From Octopus sinensis (Eukaryota), in NCBI RefSeq assembly GCF_006345805.1, contig NC_043003.1:16864001-16928000 (forward strand): DNA of 64,000 nt, written 5' to 3'. This document shows, one piece after another, positions 25,720 to 39,029 of this stretch (positions are counted from its first letter, which is position 1; each line of letters opens with the position of its first letter). The translations under genes and the position numbers were made by a program. The notes below the pieces were generated by a model. That model saw only the letters and a list, made by a program, of their open reading frames with translations, did not search any database and was not told the DNA's origin.

Positions 25720-25730
25720 TTATTATATAT

Positions 25731-25779
<49 letters not shown>

Positions 25780-25785
25780 TATATA

Positions 25786-25835
<50 letters not shown>

Positions 25836-25844
25836 CATATATAT

Positions 25845-25884
<40 letters not shown>

Positions 25885-25990
25885 CTATCTATATATAATC
25901 ACATATACATACATGTACAAATATGTATATGTAATATATTTATGTATGTGCGCATATATTTATGTATGTGTATGTATATATATATATGTA

Positions 25991-26069
25991 GATAAAACTT
26001 ACTTGGAGATAGATGCGTGGCGTTCAATCGCATAATAATTAATAGTAATAATAATACTAATAATAATAT

Positions 26070-26101
<32 letters not shown>

Positions 26102-26134
26102 AATATATATAAATATATAATATGTATGTATATA

Positions 26135-26180
<46 letters not shown>

Positions 26181-26234
26181 GTATAATATATGTATATATA
26201 TATATGCCATATATACATACTATATGTACGTACT

Positions 26235-26273
<39 letters not shown>

Positions 26274-26893
26274 TATATGCGTACAGGAGGTCACAAAACG
26301 TAAACAACATGAAATACGAAAACGACCTGGATTACGAAAACATGAAATACGAAGGCAAGCCTGGGTACAATGAGAGAAACAAATGGAAAACAAGTAACAT
26401 AAAGAACGACACCCCATTAGTCGTCAGCTGTTTATCTACACTAAATTTCGAGCAATTCACGACAATATGTGTCTTCGAGAAACACTTGCTCTCGCAAGCC
26501 AAAATAAAATTTGGGATTTGCGGACGGTGAAAGTTGGTAACAAAAACAAACGAAAACAGACAGGGATGGCCGTTAAACCAGACGAGGTAAGGTAGCGAAC
26601 ACTGGATGAATATTCTTTGATAAGAGAAAAGATAGGAGGGGAGACAGATAAGAATGTGTCAGATAAAAATGTGTAACGAGAGGCTGAAGGAAAAGAAAGA
26701 TGATTACGTGAGGAAAAGAAAGATGGACGATGGTCACGTGTGAGCAACGAGAGAGAATAAAGGAGGAAGAGGGAGAGAAACAGACAAATAGAAAACGGTG
26801 AAGTGGAGAAAAAAGAATTAGAGAAAGGAAGAGAGAAAACGAAAGGGGCGGGGAGAGAATAGTACAGGGCAGAGTCGAATCAAAATTATTAGG
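25991..26893 (-). mobile_element. Family E PLE LTR-like unit 1 (tandem with the next unit)
   Basis: About 900-bp unit; the terminal motif ACTTACTTGGA-ATAGATGCGTGGCGTTCAATC recurs at about 26898. Confidence 0.65.
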
Positions 26894-27410
26894 ATAAACT
26901 TACTTGGAAATAGATGCGTGGCGTTCAATCATATAATAATATATAAAATATATAATGCATATATTTGTTTTTGTTTTTGTTTTTTCCAGTTTCAGCTCTT
27001 GAGCTGTGGCCATGCTGGGGCACCGCCATTGTGGTGAAAGAGTACAGCAGGGATCACCACCCCCTGCCGGAGCCTCGTAGAGCTTTTTTTTAGGTGTTTT
27101 CGCTCAATAAACACACACAACGCCCAGTCTGAGAATCGAAACCGCGATCCTGCGACCGCGAGGCCGCTGCCCTAACCACTAGGCCATTGCGCATACATAT
27201 ATGTACGTACTTACATAAATATGTACATATATATGCATATATCCGTACAGGATGTCACAACACGTAAACAACATGAAATACGAAAACAACATGAATGACG
27301 AAATACGAAAACATGAAATACCTAAGGCAAGCCTGGGTACGACAAGAGAAACAAATGGAAAACAAGACAAGTAACATAAAGAACGACCCTTCATCAGTTG
27401 TCGGCTACAT
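26894..27410 (-). mobile_element. Family E unit 2, interrupted by a SINE at 26985-27192
   Basis: Same terminal motif and GCAAGCCTGGGTAC / GAACGACCCTTCATCAG body. Confidence 0.65.
26985..27192 (-). mobile_element. SINE head C fused directly to a CR1-type 3' tail
   Basis: Minus strand ...CTTTCACCACAATGGCGGTGCCCCAGCATGGCCACAGCTCAAGAGCTGAAAC matches the LINE tail at about 60405-60447. Confidence 0.75.
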
Positions 27411-27499
27411 ACATTTATACACGCACATGCACACACACACACACACTAACACACTCACATACACACAAACACACACACGATACCCATACAAACTTTTAC

Positions 27500-27900
27500 T
27501 CTTTACTCTCTGTTTATTCTTTTACTTGTTTCAGTCATTTGACTGTGGCCATGCTGGAGCACCGCCTTTAGTCGAGCAAATCAACCCCAGTACTTATTCT
27601 TTGTAAGCCCAGTACTTATTCTATCGCCCTCTTTTACCGAACCGCTAAGTTACGGGGACGTAAACACACCATCGGTTATCAAGCGATGTTGGGGTGGGGG
27701 CCAAACACATAAACACATAAACACACACACGCACACACACAAACACACACATATATTTTCCGTCTACCAAATTCACTCACAAGGCTTTGTTCGGCCCGAG
27801 GCTATAGTAGAAGACACTTGCCGAAGGTTCCACGCAGTGGGACCGAACCTGGAACCATGTGGTTCGTAATTAAGCTACTTACCACATAACCACTCCGTTT
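27500..27900 (-). mobile_element. SINE family B
   Basis: Reverse-complement copy. Confidence 0.82.
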
Positions 27901-28387
27901 ATTTAAGATTTTGTTTAAAAATAAAGTGTACTTGATTTGCCTCTATTTATCACAAGTAGACATCTTACTCAATAGAGACACCATCTAAAACTTTATTCGG
28001 TAATATTCTACAACACTTTGCTTATGTGTCAGTTTTCATATTAGATAATGTAAATGTGTTACCTCGTTGAAAGACAAAATTCTTCTCAGGTCTTCATGTG
28101 CAAGAATGTTAGTATTTCATACTACAGTTGCTTATTCTTGCCATTTAAAAGTTACATTCAAAGAGATGTTTTATATGATCACTTATGACACCTTCGCAGT
28201 TATGTATCTATGCACTCATAATAAGTCTCATTGTACGTAAATAAATACACGCAGTAAGTACATTGGGTGCAGGCATGGGTGTGTGGTTAAGATCTTTGGT
28301 TTTCAACCACATGCTTTTGGGGTTCAGTACCACCGGACGACACCTCGGGTAAGTATTTCTTTTTACTATAGCTGCAGATCACCAATG

Positions 28388-28424
<37 letters not shown>

Positions 28425-28552
28425 ATATAATATATATATATATATACATGCACATACATATATCTATGTGTGTGTGTGTATATGTATATATATATATACA
28501 TATGCAATATCTATACATATATATGCATGTGTGTATATATATATGTATGTAT

Positions 28553-28592
<40 letters not shown>

Positions 28593-28629
28593 CATATAAT
28601 ATATATATATATATACATATATATATTAT

Positions 28630-28676
<47 letters not shown>

Positions 28677-28719
28677 ATATATATTATATATATTATATAT
28701 ATATATATATATATGCATA

Positions 28720-29085
28720 TATGGTGTACAGGACATCACCAACAGTAAAACAACGTGAAATACGAAAACAAAGGAGTTCAATACGCAAACAACGAGAGAA
28801 ACAAATGGAAAACAAGACAAGAAACACAAAGAACGACCCTTCATCAGTTGTCGGCCGTCTATCTACTCCTCATTTCGAGCATTGAACAACAATATGAGTT
28901 CTCGAAGACAGTTGCTCCCAAAAGTACCAAAATAAAATTTGGGATTTATGGAGGGTTAAAGTTGGGAACAAAAAACAGGACAGTAGATACATACAAGGAA
29001 ACCGAACGAAAACAACCATGGAGGGTCGTTCAACCAGAACGAAGGTTAAATATGGAGAAATATTTTCGTTGACGAGAGAAAAAAT

Positions 29086-29129
<44 letters not shown>

Positions 29130-29335
29130 AGGATACGTCCAGTACTTAGGACAGTCTTGAAAGAATAGAAATATGATCACGTGAGGAAAAGAAAGATGGA
29201 CGATGGTCACGTGTGAGCAACGAGAGAGAGAGAGAGTGAGAGAAAAGGAGAAGGAGGGGGAGAGAGAGACAGATAGAGAACGGTGAAGGGGAGAAAAAGG
29301 GAATTAGAGAAAAGGATGAGAGAGAAAACAGTATG
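28720..29335 (-). mobile_element. Family E unit 3
   Basis: Collinear with about 26280-26840 (CAAAATAAAATTTGGGATTT, GATGGACGATGGTCACGTGTGAGCAACGAG). Confidence 0.7.
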
Positions 29336-29804
29336 TATATATATATATATATAATGTATATATGCATGCATGTATATGTATTTATATGTGTGTGTATGTT
29401 TGTGCCTGTCGCTCCACAGCTTGACAGCTAGTGTCAGTTTGCGTCTCCGTAACTTAACGCTTCGGAGAAATGAGCTCGATAAAATAAGTGCCGGACGTTT
29501 GAAAGAAGTACTAGTGTCAATTTGTTCTACTAAGCTCTTAAACCTTTCCAGATAGTGCCCCCAACATGGCCGCCGTCCTGTGAATGAAAGAACCCCCCGA
29601 AAAGTAAAAGGCAGATGAAGCGTTTTATTATGCTTGCATAAAGAATAAATACATCAAGGCTAAGATTTGTAGATTTATTAATAATATAACAAATGATAAA
29701 TTATAATTTGTTTCAAATTGTGGCAAAAGGATTGCAAGTTCGCGGGAGTGGGGGAGGATAAGTTGATTGCAGTGATCTCAGTACTCAACTAGAGCTTATT
29801 TCAT

Positions 29805-30129
29805 AAGCGGAAAGTGTAACCTCTCGAAAGAGCTGTTCTTCACTCCTGCTCCAGAGCGTCGGCTGCGGGGTCATTCCGAAAAGCTCTACCTGCGACGATT
29901 TCATCTCAATCGAAGGAGAGGAGCTTTCTCCGTCCGGGTTGCGGATCCGTGGAACAAGCTGTCAGACGAGATGGTGAAGATGCCGACGACCGCTTTGTTC
30001 AAAGTCTCCCTTGACCTCAAGTGGCCTGAACTCTTTACATGAACACCACCCTGTACTTAACTCCATGTCCCCCTACATGGCCTTCCTTTTTGCTTTTGAG
30101 CCAAAAAATTAACTAACTAACTAACTAAC
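29805..30129 (+). mobile_element. 5'-truncated CR1-clade LINE 3' end with (TAAC)n tail, nested in an old A-type SINE
   Basis: RRLRGHSEKLYLRRFHLNRRRGAFSVRVADPWNKL...FKVSLD; 3' UTR hairpin CCATGT/ACATGG; 7-bp TSD ATTTCAT at 29798-29804 and 30130-30136. Confidence 0.88.
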
Positions 30130-31261
30130 ATTTCATCGACCTCGAAAGGATAAGCGACAAAAACGACCTCGTCGGAATTTGAACTCAGAGCGTAAAGACA
30201 TACGAAATGATGCTAAGCATTTTCGTCCGGCGCGTTAACGTCTCTGCCAGCTAACCGCCAGAATGATAACTTACAGTTAATCAATCACGAACGAAGCAAA
30301 TATTATCCATCGAATTCTCCAACCTCATGACACCTTGAGAATCCTGGATACTTTGCTTTGTGTATATTTACGATCTAGGTAAGATCTAAAGCTAAATCGC
30401 TATATGAATGAACGTAACCAATTCGTTAATATGTACATACATACATGTGTGTGTGTGTGTGAGTGTGTGTATGTATGTATATAATGTATGAGTGCACATG
30501 AAAAAAACCTAATTCGGTACGTATTTAGCATGTTATTAATATATGGAATTGTAGTTGCTTGCAAAATTTCTGTTTGATAAATGTCAGGGTTGACATTTGA
30601 AACGGAAAAAAATGTTCGGTAAACCATTTCCCAGTTTTCATTGCACCTTGTTACAACAGAGAAGATTGATAGACTGTTTGGTGAAGGCTAAAATATCTTC
30701 ACATTTGGCACCGTTGCAATAAAAATCTGTCTCAAAAGGAACACTGCCAACTGTAACATCAGCAACACCGGCGTCAACAATACAAGGACGCTGTTAATGT
30801 TAGATTCTTATTTAAGTGTAATGCAAACAATTTGAAGGGGACGGGTCGACCCCACGAGTCCCAGGACTCGAAGCAATACTCACATTTTTTACCATACGTT
30901 CCTCGCCAAACGCTACCTTCGTTTTTGGACATAAATATTGCTAAGAATAAGCTTGTATTTTTTACTTGTTTCAGCCATTTCACTGCTGCTATGCTGGGGC
31001 ATCACCTTGAAGAATTTTAGACCAACAAATCGACCGCAGTCCTTTTATTTTGAGACCTGGTACTTGCTCTATCTGTTTCTTTTGCCGAACCGCTAAGTTA
31101 CAGGGACGTAACCACACCAACACACCAATACCGATTGTCAAGAGGTGAGGGGGGACAAACACAGATATAAAGATGCATATACATAAATACACACCTACAT
31201 ACATACATGCATATGTATTATGTTCGATTTTTAGTGCTCTCAAATTTAAATTTAACGAAAT

Positions 31262-31345
31262 CTTGGGCTGATGACAGGAATGTTGAGATGGGTATGTATT
31301 TCTAGCATCTCTATATCTAACTAACCCAGAAACGGCGTTCTCAAG
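31262..31345 (+). ncRNA. Type-I hammerhead ribozyme-like motif with long stem II
   Basis: CUUGGG-CUGAUGA-...-GAAAC-GGC-GUU/CUCAAG; 6-bp stem I; inner GAGAUG/CAUCUC helix; mismatch at the base of stem II. Confidence 0.5.
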
Positions 31346-31641
31346 TAATCGATGTACGTGTGATCTTTCGTTATTTCTCCCTCTATACCTACGTGAATTG
31401 TTTTTGAGTATACATTGTCTGGGAGACTCTTCTTATAGTAGAGGAAATAGCTAAATTCTTCAGTTGCCATTTCTAAAAGTTCGGTGTGTGGTAAAGTAAA
31501 TTTTTTTTACTGAACCCGAATTATATAACGTAATGTTTTAAATATACCGTAAATGGTCTTTTAACATACTGAACACTACTTGGTAAAATGAATTAATAAT
31601 TAATTTTACCCTTTTATTATTGACTATATATATAGATATAT

Positions 31642-31692
<51 letters not shown>

Positions 31693-31727
31693 ATATATAT
31701 ATATACATATATATGTATGTTTATATA

Positions 31728-31762
<35 letters not shown>

Positions 31763-32619
31763 GATGGGCTTCTTTTAGTTTCCAGAAACCAAATCCACTC
31801 ACAAGGCTTTGATCGGCCCGAGGCTATAGTAGAAGACACTTGCCCAAGGCGACATGCAGTAGGACTGAACCCGGAACCATGTGGTTGGTAAGCAAACTTC
31901 TTACCACACTTCTTTGCCTGTGTCGTTAATTAATTATTATTATTACTTTTTTTGCGATTCGAGCAATCTTATGCCGCCGACATGTCGGTGTTTCTTCCTG
32001 CTCTATATTTTAAACTTATTCTCGGTGAAACAGAATTTCATGAAGTTGAAATATTTATCACCTGTACTCCCTGAAATGTTTATAAAACTAACTGCAGTTT
32101 TGTCAAGAAATTACTAAACGAACAAATGTCACTCTGACATCACCGACCTTTAAAATTTATTCAGATTATAAACACATTAGTATGCCATTATAACCCTTTG
32201 TTTTCTCTTTCAGAAATTTCACATGTAGAAAAAAGAAAGAAAAAAGCAATTACGAGGAAAGCGATCATTGTTAGAAGCTAAGCATAATAAATCATCTACG
32301 AGTGTCTAAAAGTTGAGATTAAACTAAATTTGCTATAAAAGTGATTATGACCAAGATAGAGCGTTTTTTTTCACAGAAATATATATAATTACAACAATGC
32401 TACTTTTATATGCATTAGACGAGATGGGTAGGATGGGGGTCGGGGTAGGGGTACAGGTAGGTGGTCGGTTTTTGTTTTTCTTCTTTCTTTTACTTCAGTG
32501 GGCGTACTTCGTACGTCTCGTTTCGAAGTATGAAACTTTCCAGACCATTTTTTGCCTATAAAAATTCTTTACCTTGATTAATTTAATACAGAACAGTACT
32601 TGAAAGAGTTGGGAAAATT

Positions 32620-33060
32620 TTAAACTACTACTACTACTACTATTACCACCATCACCACCACCACGATCACTACGATCACTGCCGTTGCAACTCCTCCTCC
32701 TCCTCCTACTACTACTACTATTCCTCCTCCTCCTCCTCCTCCTCCTCCTACTACTACTACTACTATACTACTCCTACTACTATTCCTCCTTCTACTACTC
32801 CTCCTCCTCCTACTACTACTCTTCCTACTACTACTACTACTCCTACTACTACTACCATCACCACCATCACTGCCGTTGCTGCTACTACTACTACAACTAC
32901 TACCATCATCACCACCACCACCACCACCACGATCACTACGATCACTGCCTTTGCTATTCCTCCTCCACCTCCTCCACCTCTACCTCCTCCTCCTACTACT
33001 ACTGTTGTTGTTGTTGTTGTTGTTGCTGCTGTTGCTGCTGTTGCTGCTCCTCTTCCTGAC
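32620..33060. repeat. Compound trinucleotide array (CTA/CTC/CAC/TGT/TGC)
   Basis: Seen directly. Confidence 0.95.
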
Positions 33061-33450
33061 GCTTTTGCCTTTAGAAATAATGTTATTGTTAAGGCAGCGA
33101 GGTGGCAGAATCGTTACCGCACCGGATAAAATGCTTAGCAGCATTTTGTCCGTCTTTATGCTCTGAGTTCAAATTTCACCAAGGTCGACTTTGCTTTTCA
33201 TCCTTTCGGGTCTATGCAATCGAGTAACGCATTCCCATAAATTTCAAGCCCTTTGCCTGTATCAGTAAGGAGTTTTTCAAATGCTGCCGAGGTCGAATTT
33301 GCATTTCATCAATTCGGGGTCGATAAAACAAGTATCAGTTGAACATTAGGACGACGTGATCGACTGGAATGGTCTTCTCCCCCAAAATTTCAAGTCTTAA
33401 GTCTATAACAGAAAAAAGAAAAAGAAAAAAGGTAAAGTATATTTTTTTGA

Positions 33451-34170
33451 GCGGTGAGCTGGCAGAATTGTTAGCACGCCGGGCGAAATGCTTAGCGGTA
33501 TTTCGTCTGCCGTTACGTTCTGAGTTCAAATTCCACCGAGGTCGACTTTGCCTTTCATCCTTTCAGGGTCGATAAATTAAGTACCAGTTATGCACTGGGT
33601 CGATGTAATCGACTTAATCCATTTGTCTGTCCTTGTCTGTTCTCTCTGTGTTTAGCCCCTTGTGGCTAGTAAAGAAATAGGTATTTCGTTTGTCTTTACG
33701 TTCTGAGTTCAATTTCCGCCGAGGTCGACTTTGCCTTTCATCCTTTCGGGGTCGATAAATTAAGTACCAGCTACGAACTGGGGTCAATATAATCGACTTA
33801 ATCCGTTTGTCGGTCCTTGTTTGTCCTCTCTTTGTTTAGCCCCTTGTTTTTCGTCTGTCTTTACGTCCTGAGCTCCAATTCCGCCGAGGTTAGCTTTGCC
33901 TTTAATCCTTTCGGAGTCGATAAATTAAGTACCAGTTGTGCACTGGAGTCGATCTAATCGACTGACTCCTTCCTCCAAAATTTCGGGCCTTGTGTCTAGA
34001 GTAGAAAAGAATCGTCAGTGTGTCGGATGTAATGCTTAGCGGCATTTCAACCCGCTTTACGCTGAGTTCAAATTCTCTCAAGTTTGACTTTGCGTTGCAT
34101 CCTTTCGGAGTCGATAAAATAAGTACCAGCTGAATAATGAGGTCGATGTATATTAGCGTCGAATTAATTG
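33451..34170 (+). mobile_element. SINE family A concatemer (about 4 monomers, mixed tails)
   Basis: Repeated GAGTTCAAATT...TTTCATCCTTTCGG bodies joined at AAAGAAATAG|GTATTTCG-type junctions. Confidence 0.82.
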
Positions 34171-35095
34171 ATTGTCTCTTCATCTAAATTGTGTGAAGCT
34201 TTAGCATAATCGTTATTTCTACTGCATAGATAAATAAGGAATCTTGTTAAAATAGCTGCTCTCTGTATTCTTTCCTGATAAAGCCATATATTTTAAGCCA
34301 AATATCAAAGCTGAGTCTACGCAGATCCTTTGAAACTTTTTAAAGTTTTTTTTTTCTTTTTTATTGTGATAAGAAGAACGAAAAGAAAAAAATTCTTAAT
34401 TTGGAAAATTGAAAGAATTGCGTGTTATAAATGTACTGGTTGATGATTTATTACAAAAATGTGACCCGAAAGAAATTATTTTACAAAATATTTTACAAAT
34501 GAGAACTGTTTAAAAAAAAAATTCTGCATGTATATCTAACGTACTGTAAGGGAGGAGTTTATTATATTCCTCTATACATCATCTCGTTTTCATCACTGAT
34601 TCATCACATTACGCTATTTCTATTTCAGTTTAGTGTTGGATTCAAACATCTATTCGCCCATTTCATTCGAGAAGTCGTCCATTATTCTATGGTTTTAATA
34701 TTTAAAATCATGAAGGCGTCAAGCTGACAGAATCGTTAGCACGCAATCGTTAGTGTTTTGTTTGAGTTAGTGAGTTGGAAGTGTATACGCTCCTTGTGAG
34801 TACCGTTTTTGTACTAAAAGAAAAACAAAAACAAAGTAGTAATGTTATCAAATCTGATACAGGCGTAAGATATCAATGGGACACTGGTTATGCTTGAAAT
34901 CGAGTAGGTGACATGTACATACACATACACACATATACGTACACAAACACGCAAATACACACATGTCCACACACAAACACACACACACACAGAATTGTCA
35001 TCATACACATACAAACAAACAAAAATATCCTGTTGTTGATGTTGAAATTCCAATGAAGGAACCTCTGATGGTCTGGTCGGTCACGTGATCACGTG

Positions 35096-35177
<82 letters not shown>

Positions 35178-35295
35178 GTACATACACACACACACACACA
35201 TACACTTTAATATCGAAAAGTGAGAATGAAATACACCTCATTGGTGGATAAATATTCTTCATTTGCGGATTCACAAGGCTACCATTATATGTATT

Positions 35296-35328
<33 letters not shown>

Positions 35329-35785
35329 ACACACACACACGGGTGGATCTTAGTTTCGATAAGGAGAATTCAACTGTTCATCCAATCAACTGCTGAATCC
35401 GCTACACCTGAATTCATGCGCAAGTAGTTGAAGACTCCGCAAGACGAGAACCTTTCCCGTACATACCAAGAGTAATTGCTTTACCGTTCTAATTAAAAGT
35501 ACAGACCGTCCGATAGGCATCTTAAGGTATATGGATACACAAGAGGTGATAGGAAGTGTCATACGCCCGCGATGTGTTTCTACTAGGGCAATAGCTATTT
35601 ATTGTAGTTGCAGTCGAGGGATTTTTTACAATCAGCGCTGAGTTCATATTTCGCTGTTGACAGTTTTATGACACTTCGCTTATCCTTATCGAATCTCCCA
35701 TGGTACACACAGAAACATGTATATATGTAAACACACATGCATATGTAATCGACCGACTAGAATTTAGAAATAGAATTGGGATAGT

Positions 35786-35834
<49 letters not shown>

Positions 35835-35972
35835 CGGAGATGTACTCGCATACCAAGTAATTTGATCTGAGATCGTGTGCTGAAACGAAAACAATTGCAG
35901 CGTGGAAGGTGTTTATAAGCCATTTAAGAAACACACAAAAGCCGTTCGATTCACTTCAACATTTAAGTTTAA

Positions 35973-36022
35973 TTTGTCAAAATATTTTCGTCGCTAAAAT
36001 CCGCGACCTGTTCACTGACAAA
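35973..36022 (-). ncRNA. Minimal type-I hammerhead-like motif with a G3:C8 core swap
   Basis: UUUGUCA-GUGAACA-G-GUCGC-ggauuuua-GCGAC-GAA-AAUAUU-U/UGACAAA: 7-bp stem I, 5-bp stem II, palindromic stem III. Confidence 0.65.
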
Positions 36023-36164
36023 AATATATACACATATGTATGTATATATATATATATATATATATAACGGGAAGCTTTATGAAAATAAACAAAAGACGAA
36101 GGCAGGTGGAAAACAAACGAACAATTGTATTAGTATGGCGCTCAGGAAATATAAATAAAACAAG

Positions 36165-36202
36165 TCTTTAACGTTTCGAGCCTACGCTCTTCAACAGAAA
36201 GA
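36165..36202 (-). ncRNA. Minimal type-I hammerhead-like motif with A6U
   Basis: UCUUU-CUGUUGA-A-GAGC-guag-GCUC-GAA-ACGU-U/AAAGA. Confidence 0.55.
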
Positions 36203-36259
36203 TACACAGAGAGAGAAAAACACAGAAAGAAGGAGTATATACACACACAAACACACACA

Positions 36260-36358
<99 letters not shown>

Positions 36359-36387
36359 AACACTCACATACACACATATATATATAT

Positions 36388-36422
<35 letters not shown>

Positions 36423-36547
36423 TTCACATACACATATATATGCATACATATGCACATAAATACATATGTACAGAATAGAAAGTTTTGAATGGTACAACAA
36501 TGAACTATAATACAAAAAATGAACTATATACCTGTTGTAATTTAGTC

Positions 36548-36656
36548 ATCCATAGTCCGATATTTCGAAATACAATTCCTTCTTCAGATATTCTATGATG
36601 GAGTCGCTGATATCTGAAAAAGGAATTGTATTCCGAAATAATATAGGACTATGGAT
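36548..36656. repeat. Fold-back (about 44-bp arms) containing hammerhead core words
   Basis: Left arm 36548-36591 is the inverted copy of 36610-36656; the minus strand carries CUGAAGA-A-GGAAU-ugu-AUUUC-GAAA. Confidence 0.75.
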
Positions 36657-38075
36657 AGTGCATTGCTGTACCATTCAAAACTTTTTATTCTTTACAAACA
36701 ATACACAATGCTTCAAGCGAACTACAATACTCTCATACATATGCACAGATATACATATACGTAAGTTTAATGACTGAAACAAGTAAAAGATACTTATACC
36801 GTTAAATATGTGTATATGTAAGTGTGTGTGGGCAAAAAGTACGCGCATATTGTACTTTCGAGTACTGGATGTACTTTTGGGACCAAATCACGACGAAACC
36901 TGATCAGCGTGTATCTATCTATTTATCTATCTATCTCACTTCAAATATATGTGTATATATGTATATATATAATGTGTGTTATATGTATGCATGCATATAT
37001 AGATATGTTTGTGTATGTATATATGTATAACTGAGTTGTAAGTACGCATACATACTTATGTGTGTGTGTGTGTGCTTATATGTTTGTAAGTAAGTGTTTG
37101 TATGTGTCTGTATACCTATACATCTTCAAGGTGTGTATTTATATACATTTTTTCTGAACGAACTTTCGACACTCCCTAGTTATCAAAGTGAGCTTCAACT
37201 CCATGAATATCTGAATGTGGTGAAAGCACAACATATGTTTGCCATTAAAAAAACTTACTGCTAATGTACAGAATAGTTCAGGTCTATGTGAATATTTGAA
37301 GGTCTTTGAAGATTTCGCGTGAAAAATATTTTCTAGAAGGTATACTAGCTGTAAAAGTTTGCTAAATTGTTTTGATAATATATTTAGCATCAGTCGACTT
37401 TTAGACATAAATAATAGATAAATAAATAAAAAAAACCCTGCTTAATCCAACTTAAATCAATCATCGAAAAGTATGAATGAAACTTTACGCCCATTAATAA
37501 TAGTTGTATGTCTTCTGTCTGTATATATTTGTCTCTATATATTTGTGTAAGTGGTGTATGTGTGTGTGCTTGTATCTGTGCATACCTATGTACACACACA
37601 CACATACACACACAAACACACACACACATACACACACACACACACGCGCACATATTCACACATGGATATCAAGTGGAATGTTTACAACTTTACATTTTTG
37701 ATATACATACACACGAACATACCCACATATATTTACTTATGTATGTATATAAATATTATATGACATTATATCTCGCTATATTCTTATATTTTTATTATAA
37801 TATTTATATAAACAAGGATAAAATCATGTAAAGGATAATATCAAGTGGCCAACATGCTATAAAACCTTGTGGTTAAATTATACTAAAATAATAATCATAT
37901 ATATACATAATTATATGATTATATAAGGGAACAGGAAAAAACCCTGCTTCAACATGTTGATATAAGCCACCTTTAGCTCCTCCTATATTTTTGTAGGAGC
38001 TAAGGGTGGTCTATAACGTTTTTTGGCGTATTGTTACATGCTGGAGCAGGGTTTTTTCCTGTTCCCTTATATAAT

Positions 38076-38112
<37 letters not shown>

Positions 38113-38114
38113 CA

Positions 38115-38169
<55 letters not shown>

Positions 38170-38249
38170 ATATACATACATATATATATATATATACATA
38201 TATATATATGTATGTATATATACATACATATATATATATGTCTTTTTCT

Positions 38250-38462
38250 TTTCTTTTCTTTTACTTGTTTCAGTCATTTGACTGCGGCCATGCTGGAGCA
38301 CCGCCTTTAGTCGATCAAATCGACCCCGGACTTATTCTTTGTAAGCCCAGTACTTATTCTATCGGTCTCTTTTGCCGAACCGCTAAGTGACGGGGACGTA
38401 AACACACCAGCATCGGTTGTCAAGCAATGCTAGGGGGACAAACACAGACACATAACCCCCCC

Positions 38463-38512
<50 letters not shown>

Positions 38513-38675
38513 TACGACAGGCTTTCAGTTTCCGTCTACCAAATCCACTCACAAGGCATTGGTCGGCCCGAGGCTATATCAGAAACACTTGCCCAAGATG
38601 CCACGCAGTGGGACTGAACCCGGAACCATGTGGTTCGTTAGCAAGCTACTTACCAGACAGCCACTCCTGCACCTG
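38250..38675 (-). mobile_element. SINE family B
   Basis: Full reverse-complement copy. Confidence 0.88.
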
Positions 38676-38735
<60 letters not shown>

Positions 38736-39029
38736 ATGCTCTTAGCTTAGTGTTTCCTTGGGGCTGGCCAGATTGGAGCAATCTCGAGATAGCCTGCCGA
38801 AATTGCGAAGATAAACTGGAACTCGACTGAGGAAAGAAAACTCCGAATGACCCGTCCTTGATTTCTTTGTATCGTCTATCTGGTTGTTTTGTTGTCCCCT
38901 TTTTGTATCACCTACCTGTTTGGATGTTTTGCGTTCTTGTCCTATTTTGTATTTTATATATATATATAATTATTATTATTATTTTAGTATTTATTTATTA
39001 CACAAAACATTTCTGTGTATGAAATAAAA

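Noticed and set aside
26400-28880. CTGA(T/C)GA words with nearby GAAA in family E copies (also about 20285 and 22313) as hammerheads
   Set aside because: I could not build stems I and III with a valid NUH site in any topology.
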